A DNA stretch of 63,590 nt, counting the filler, from Theionarchaea archaeon (GTDB taxonomy: Archaea > Methanobacteriota_B > Thermococci > Methanofastidiosales > SZ-28-30), in the NCBI GenBank assembly GCA_018992565.1. It is 6 parts of 6 records of this genome, joined end to end, with 100 filler letters (N's around TTAATTAATTAA, not from the genome) between each part and the next. Parts side by side here need not be neighbours in the genome. Positions count along the whole stretch, not along the records: positions 61,151 to 63,590 come from JACVGW010000006.1; 5 more parts are not named here. One strand, 5' to 3'. The position numbers and the translations under genes are program-made. Shown piece by piece: positions 61,151-63,590 of this stretch (position 1 is the first letter of the stretch; each line of letters starts with the position of its first letter). The notes beneath the pieces were generated by a model. It did no database searches and had not been told where the DNA came from. It saw only the letters and a program-made list of their open reading frames with translations.

Positions 61151-62041
61151 TTGCCAGAAGGTACCACTCGTTACAAGCCCATCAATATTGAACTGGTCAA
61201 TATGGACAAACTCATGCTATCTCTGGAACAGGACATGTTTACTGGATTTCTGGACTTTGATACTGGTGACAATCAGGTTGTAATCCTTTTTGAAAGAGGT
61301 GAAATTCTGAGGTCCTTCAGTATGGGAGATGGGATTCCTGTTCTGCAGTCTGTTAATGATATTCTCAGAGACCTCTATTCAGGGGAAGTGAGAGGGGTAC
61401 TTCTCCCTCCAGAAATTGTTGAAATGATGGCCTGTCTCCTGCTGTGTACACCTGTGCACCACAACCTCTCTTCGTATTTCACTGATTTCAGGACATTGCT
61501 CAAGAGCCTGGAGGCACAGCAGTTCAGCGGCTTTGTGGAGCTCGAAACTGAAGGAGGGGTCCACTACATCACCATGGAAAGGGGCGGGCCAAGATCTGCT
61601 CTCCATTTTTCATCAGGTCTCCTTATGAAAGGGGCACCTGCACTGGAACGGATCTTTTACGACGTGGGTCGGATGCAGGCCTCTATTAGTGTGTACCCGC
61701 CTGCTACGTTACCGTTGATAGAAGCCTTCTCCACTATTTCACTGGGTCTCCTTTCTGCATACATGGACCTCAAGGGCAAGATACTGACTCAGAAACTGTG
61801 GAAAAGACTATCAGCATGTGCTAAGAACGTGGAAGGAGTGAGTGCAGGAACCCTTGAATTCAGGCTGGAAGAGCTCCCTAGAGATCTCTGGGAGCGAGAA
61901 AAAATCCTGAAAACTCTCATGAAGTGTGAGATAACCCTTTTCAAGAGCGAACTGGGAGAAGAAGCAGCTCAGGCCCTTTATCGCCGGCTGCTGGAAGATG
62001 TGAAATCTCCCATAAAAGAAATCTTTGGAGGTATCTTATGA
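61151..62041 (+). CDS. Hypothetical protein with tandem DUF4388/DUF2226-like repeats (probably 5'-partial)
   Basis: Repeated L..L....F(T/S)GF.......I..ERG. Confidence 0.6.
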   Translation: MPEGTTRYKPINIELVNMDKLMLSLEQDMFTGFLDFDTGDNQVVILFERGEILRSFSMGDGIPVLQSVNDILRDLYSGEVRGVLLPPEIVEMMACLLLCTPVHHNLSSYFTDFRTLLKSLEAQQFSGFVELETEGGVHYITMERGGPRSALHFSSGLLMKGAPALERIFYDVGRMQASISVYPPATLPLIEAFSTISLGLLSAYMDLKGKILTQKLWKRLSACAKNVEGVSAGTLEFRLEELPRDLWEREKILKTLMKCEITLFKSELGEEAAQALYRRLLEDVKSPIKEIFGGIL

Positions 62042-62784
62042 AAGTTGTGTATGGTATAGCTGCTTTCTTTCTGGCAGGTTCCGTGATAATCTATGCTGTC
62101 CACCCCAGCCCGGGACTGACTGACATGCTTGCTGTGGCAACGGCTTTGCTGGGGTTTGCTGCCTCAGTCTATACCTGGTCGCGCCTGAGAGAAAGGAAAG
62201 GAGAAAGTACTGTGTGGGCCCTGCTGTCTTTGGGATTACTTTTATGGCTGGGAGGAGAAACCCTGTGGCTCTACCTGGAAAGCACACTGCAGGAAGTGCC
62301 CTTCCCTTCTGTGGCAGACGTCTCCTGGCTTTTGGCATATCCTGTGCTATTTGCTGCTCTCTTTCTGGAATATAAGAGGCTGGATGTGGATCTTGGCAGG
62401 GCAAGGAAAACAAGCATTCAAGCTCTCATTCTTGTTGCTACAGTCATAATGATCTGGGCACTGCTATACTCCATTGCAGTATCCGATGAAATCTCTGTAA
62501 CAGAAAAATTCCTGGACTTGGTATATCCCATAGGGGACCTGGCATTGCTGTACGTTGCCTTGCTTTTGTCATGTGTGTACCTTGGGGGCCGCCTGGGCAG
62601 ATCGTGGATTCTGATTTCCGTAGGATTTATACTATTCTCTTTTGGTGATCTAGCTTTCTCCTATCTCACCTGGGAAGAGCTGTACTGGAGTGGTCATCCT
62701 GTAGATCTTTTATGGCTCTTTGGAGATATTTTCGTCTTTGTAGGATGCTCTCTGTACAGGCACGCCTATGAAAGACTGGGATAG
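62038..62784 (+). CDS. Stand-alone multi-TM sensor-like membrane protein
   Basis: W.LL.LG..LW..GE..W, PFPSVAD..WL..YP, YPIGD, GD..F, W. Confidence 0.7.
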   Translation: MKVVYGIAAFFLAGSVIIYAVHPSPGLTDMLAVATALLGFAASVYTWSRLRERKGESTVWALLSLGLLLWLGGETLWLYLESTLQEVPFPSVADVSWLLAYPVLFAALFLEYKRLDVDLGRARKTSIQALILVATVIMIWALLYSIAVSDEISVTEKFLDLVYPIGDLALLYVALLLSCVYLGGRLGRSWILISVGFILFSFGDLAFSYLTWEELYWSGHPVDLLWLFGDIFVFVGCSLYRHAYERLG

Positions 62785-63001
62785 ATGTACCGCCAGAAGA
62801 TGATCCGAGGTTGACACCTGATGCTGGTCAACCTCCCTCTTTGAACCTTCATGGAGGATGCAGTAATCAAGGGAGAAACCGATTTGGAGCCATGTGTGTA
62901 CTGCCTCTGTGAACTTACGAGCTACACTGCCCTGCCAACATTTAGCTGGTCTGATGCGCACACGAGAATGGACTATCAAAAAAAAAGAGAAAGAAGAAGA
63001 A

Positions 63002-63589
63002 TCAGACTGCTGCTTGAGCATCAACTAGCCCATAGCCGTAGTATGGATCCCATCCTGGAGTTCCCAAGTCTTCTGCTGTTGTGCACAGGGTCTGTCTCAC
63101 TTGACTGTTTGTATAACCGGGGTGAACAGCCCACACCAGGGCAGCAACACCAGAAACATGGGGACAGGCCATGGATGTCCCTGACATGGTGGTATATCCA
63201 CCCCTCTTGTAGGTGGAGTAGATACCAACACCAGGTGCTGCCAGTTCAATCTCTGAACCACTGTTGCTCCACCAGATGATACTGTCGTCTGAGTCCATGG
63301 CAGAAATAGCCATCGCTGTGGAGTAGCCAGCTGGATAAAGATCTGGTTCCTCATATCCTTCATTCCCGGCTGCTGCTACCAGGAGCAATCCCGCGTCCCA
63401 GGCAGCATCAATAGCATCATGGAAGGTCTGATCGTCTTCGTATCCTCCGAAACTCATGGAGAGCACCTGAATACCATTGTCCACGCACCACTGGATTCCC
63501 TCAATAATGTCTGAGTCATAGCCTGAACCAGAACCGTCCAGCACTTTAACACCATACAGCCATGCCTCGGGAGCTACGCCAATGACTCC
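63002..63589 (-). CDS. Subtilisin-like S8 serine peptidase (5'-partial)
   Basis: GVAP, VKVLD..GSG, AAAGN, YPA, APGV, SGTSMACPHVSG. Confidence 0.95.
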   Translation of the reverse strand, partial: GVIGVAPEAWLYGVKVLDGSGSGYDSDIIEGIQWCVDNGIQVLSMSFGGYEDDQTFHDAIDAAWDAGLLLVAAAGNEGYEEPDLYPAGYSTAMAISAMDSDDSIIWWSNSGSEIELAAPGVGIYSTYKRGGYTTMSGTSMACPHVSGVAALVWAVHPGYTNSQVRQTLCTTAEDLGTPGWDPYYGYGLVDAQAAV

Positions 63590-63590
63590 T

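Noticed and set aside
1..63590. CRISPR arrays, rRNA, transposases, integrases
   Set aside because: No regularly spaced repeats or matching motifs were seen, and neither tRNA has a visible integrated element beside it.

Overview
Archaeal (Euryarchaeota-type) draft or MAG sequence. CarS, fibrillarin/Nop5, proteasome beta, FttA, TBP, Lsm/L37e and CofE place it in Archaea; the secreted C25/S8 peptidases would fit a Theionarchaea-like sediment lineage (inference only). The window is not contiguous: five N44-TTAATTAATTAA-N44 linkers (31035, 38990, 46370, 53732, 61051) join six separate contigs, and there are two 100-N scaffold gaps. Content is mostly housekeeping: psmB-fttA, an hbd-crotonase-thiolase-DUF35 operon, rtcB, mtnP, ADP-forming acetate-CoA ligase plus a DRTGG protein, carS, glyS, nop5-flpA, two NfeD-SPFH pairs, two Sm proteins, hypB, cdd, tRNA-Leu(CAG) and an intron-containing tRNA-Ala(GGC). 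Four short genes missing from the ORF track were found (rpl37e, trm112, a 58-aa membrane protein, the hutI 3' end). The most striking observation is a 317-aa TATA-binding protein with a ~137-aa beta-rich, non-intein domain inserted between its two repeats. Other leads: a multi-stem intergenic element beside an orphan hicB, a degenerate TOPRIM coupled to rpl37e, an EF-hand in HtpX, a membrane-tethered wHTH regulator, an uncharacterised TrmB-type operon with a palindromic operator, and an NPP1/Vps62-like protein. No CRISPR array, rRNA or transposase was seen.
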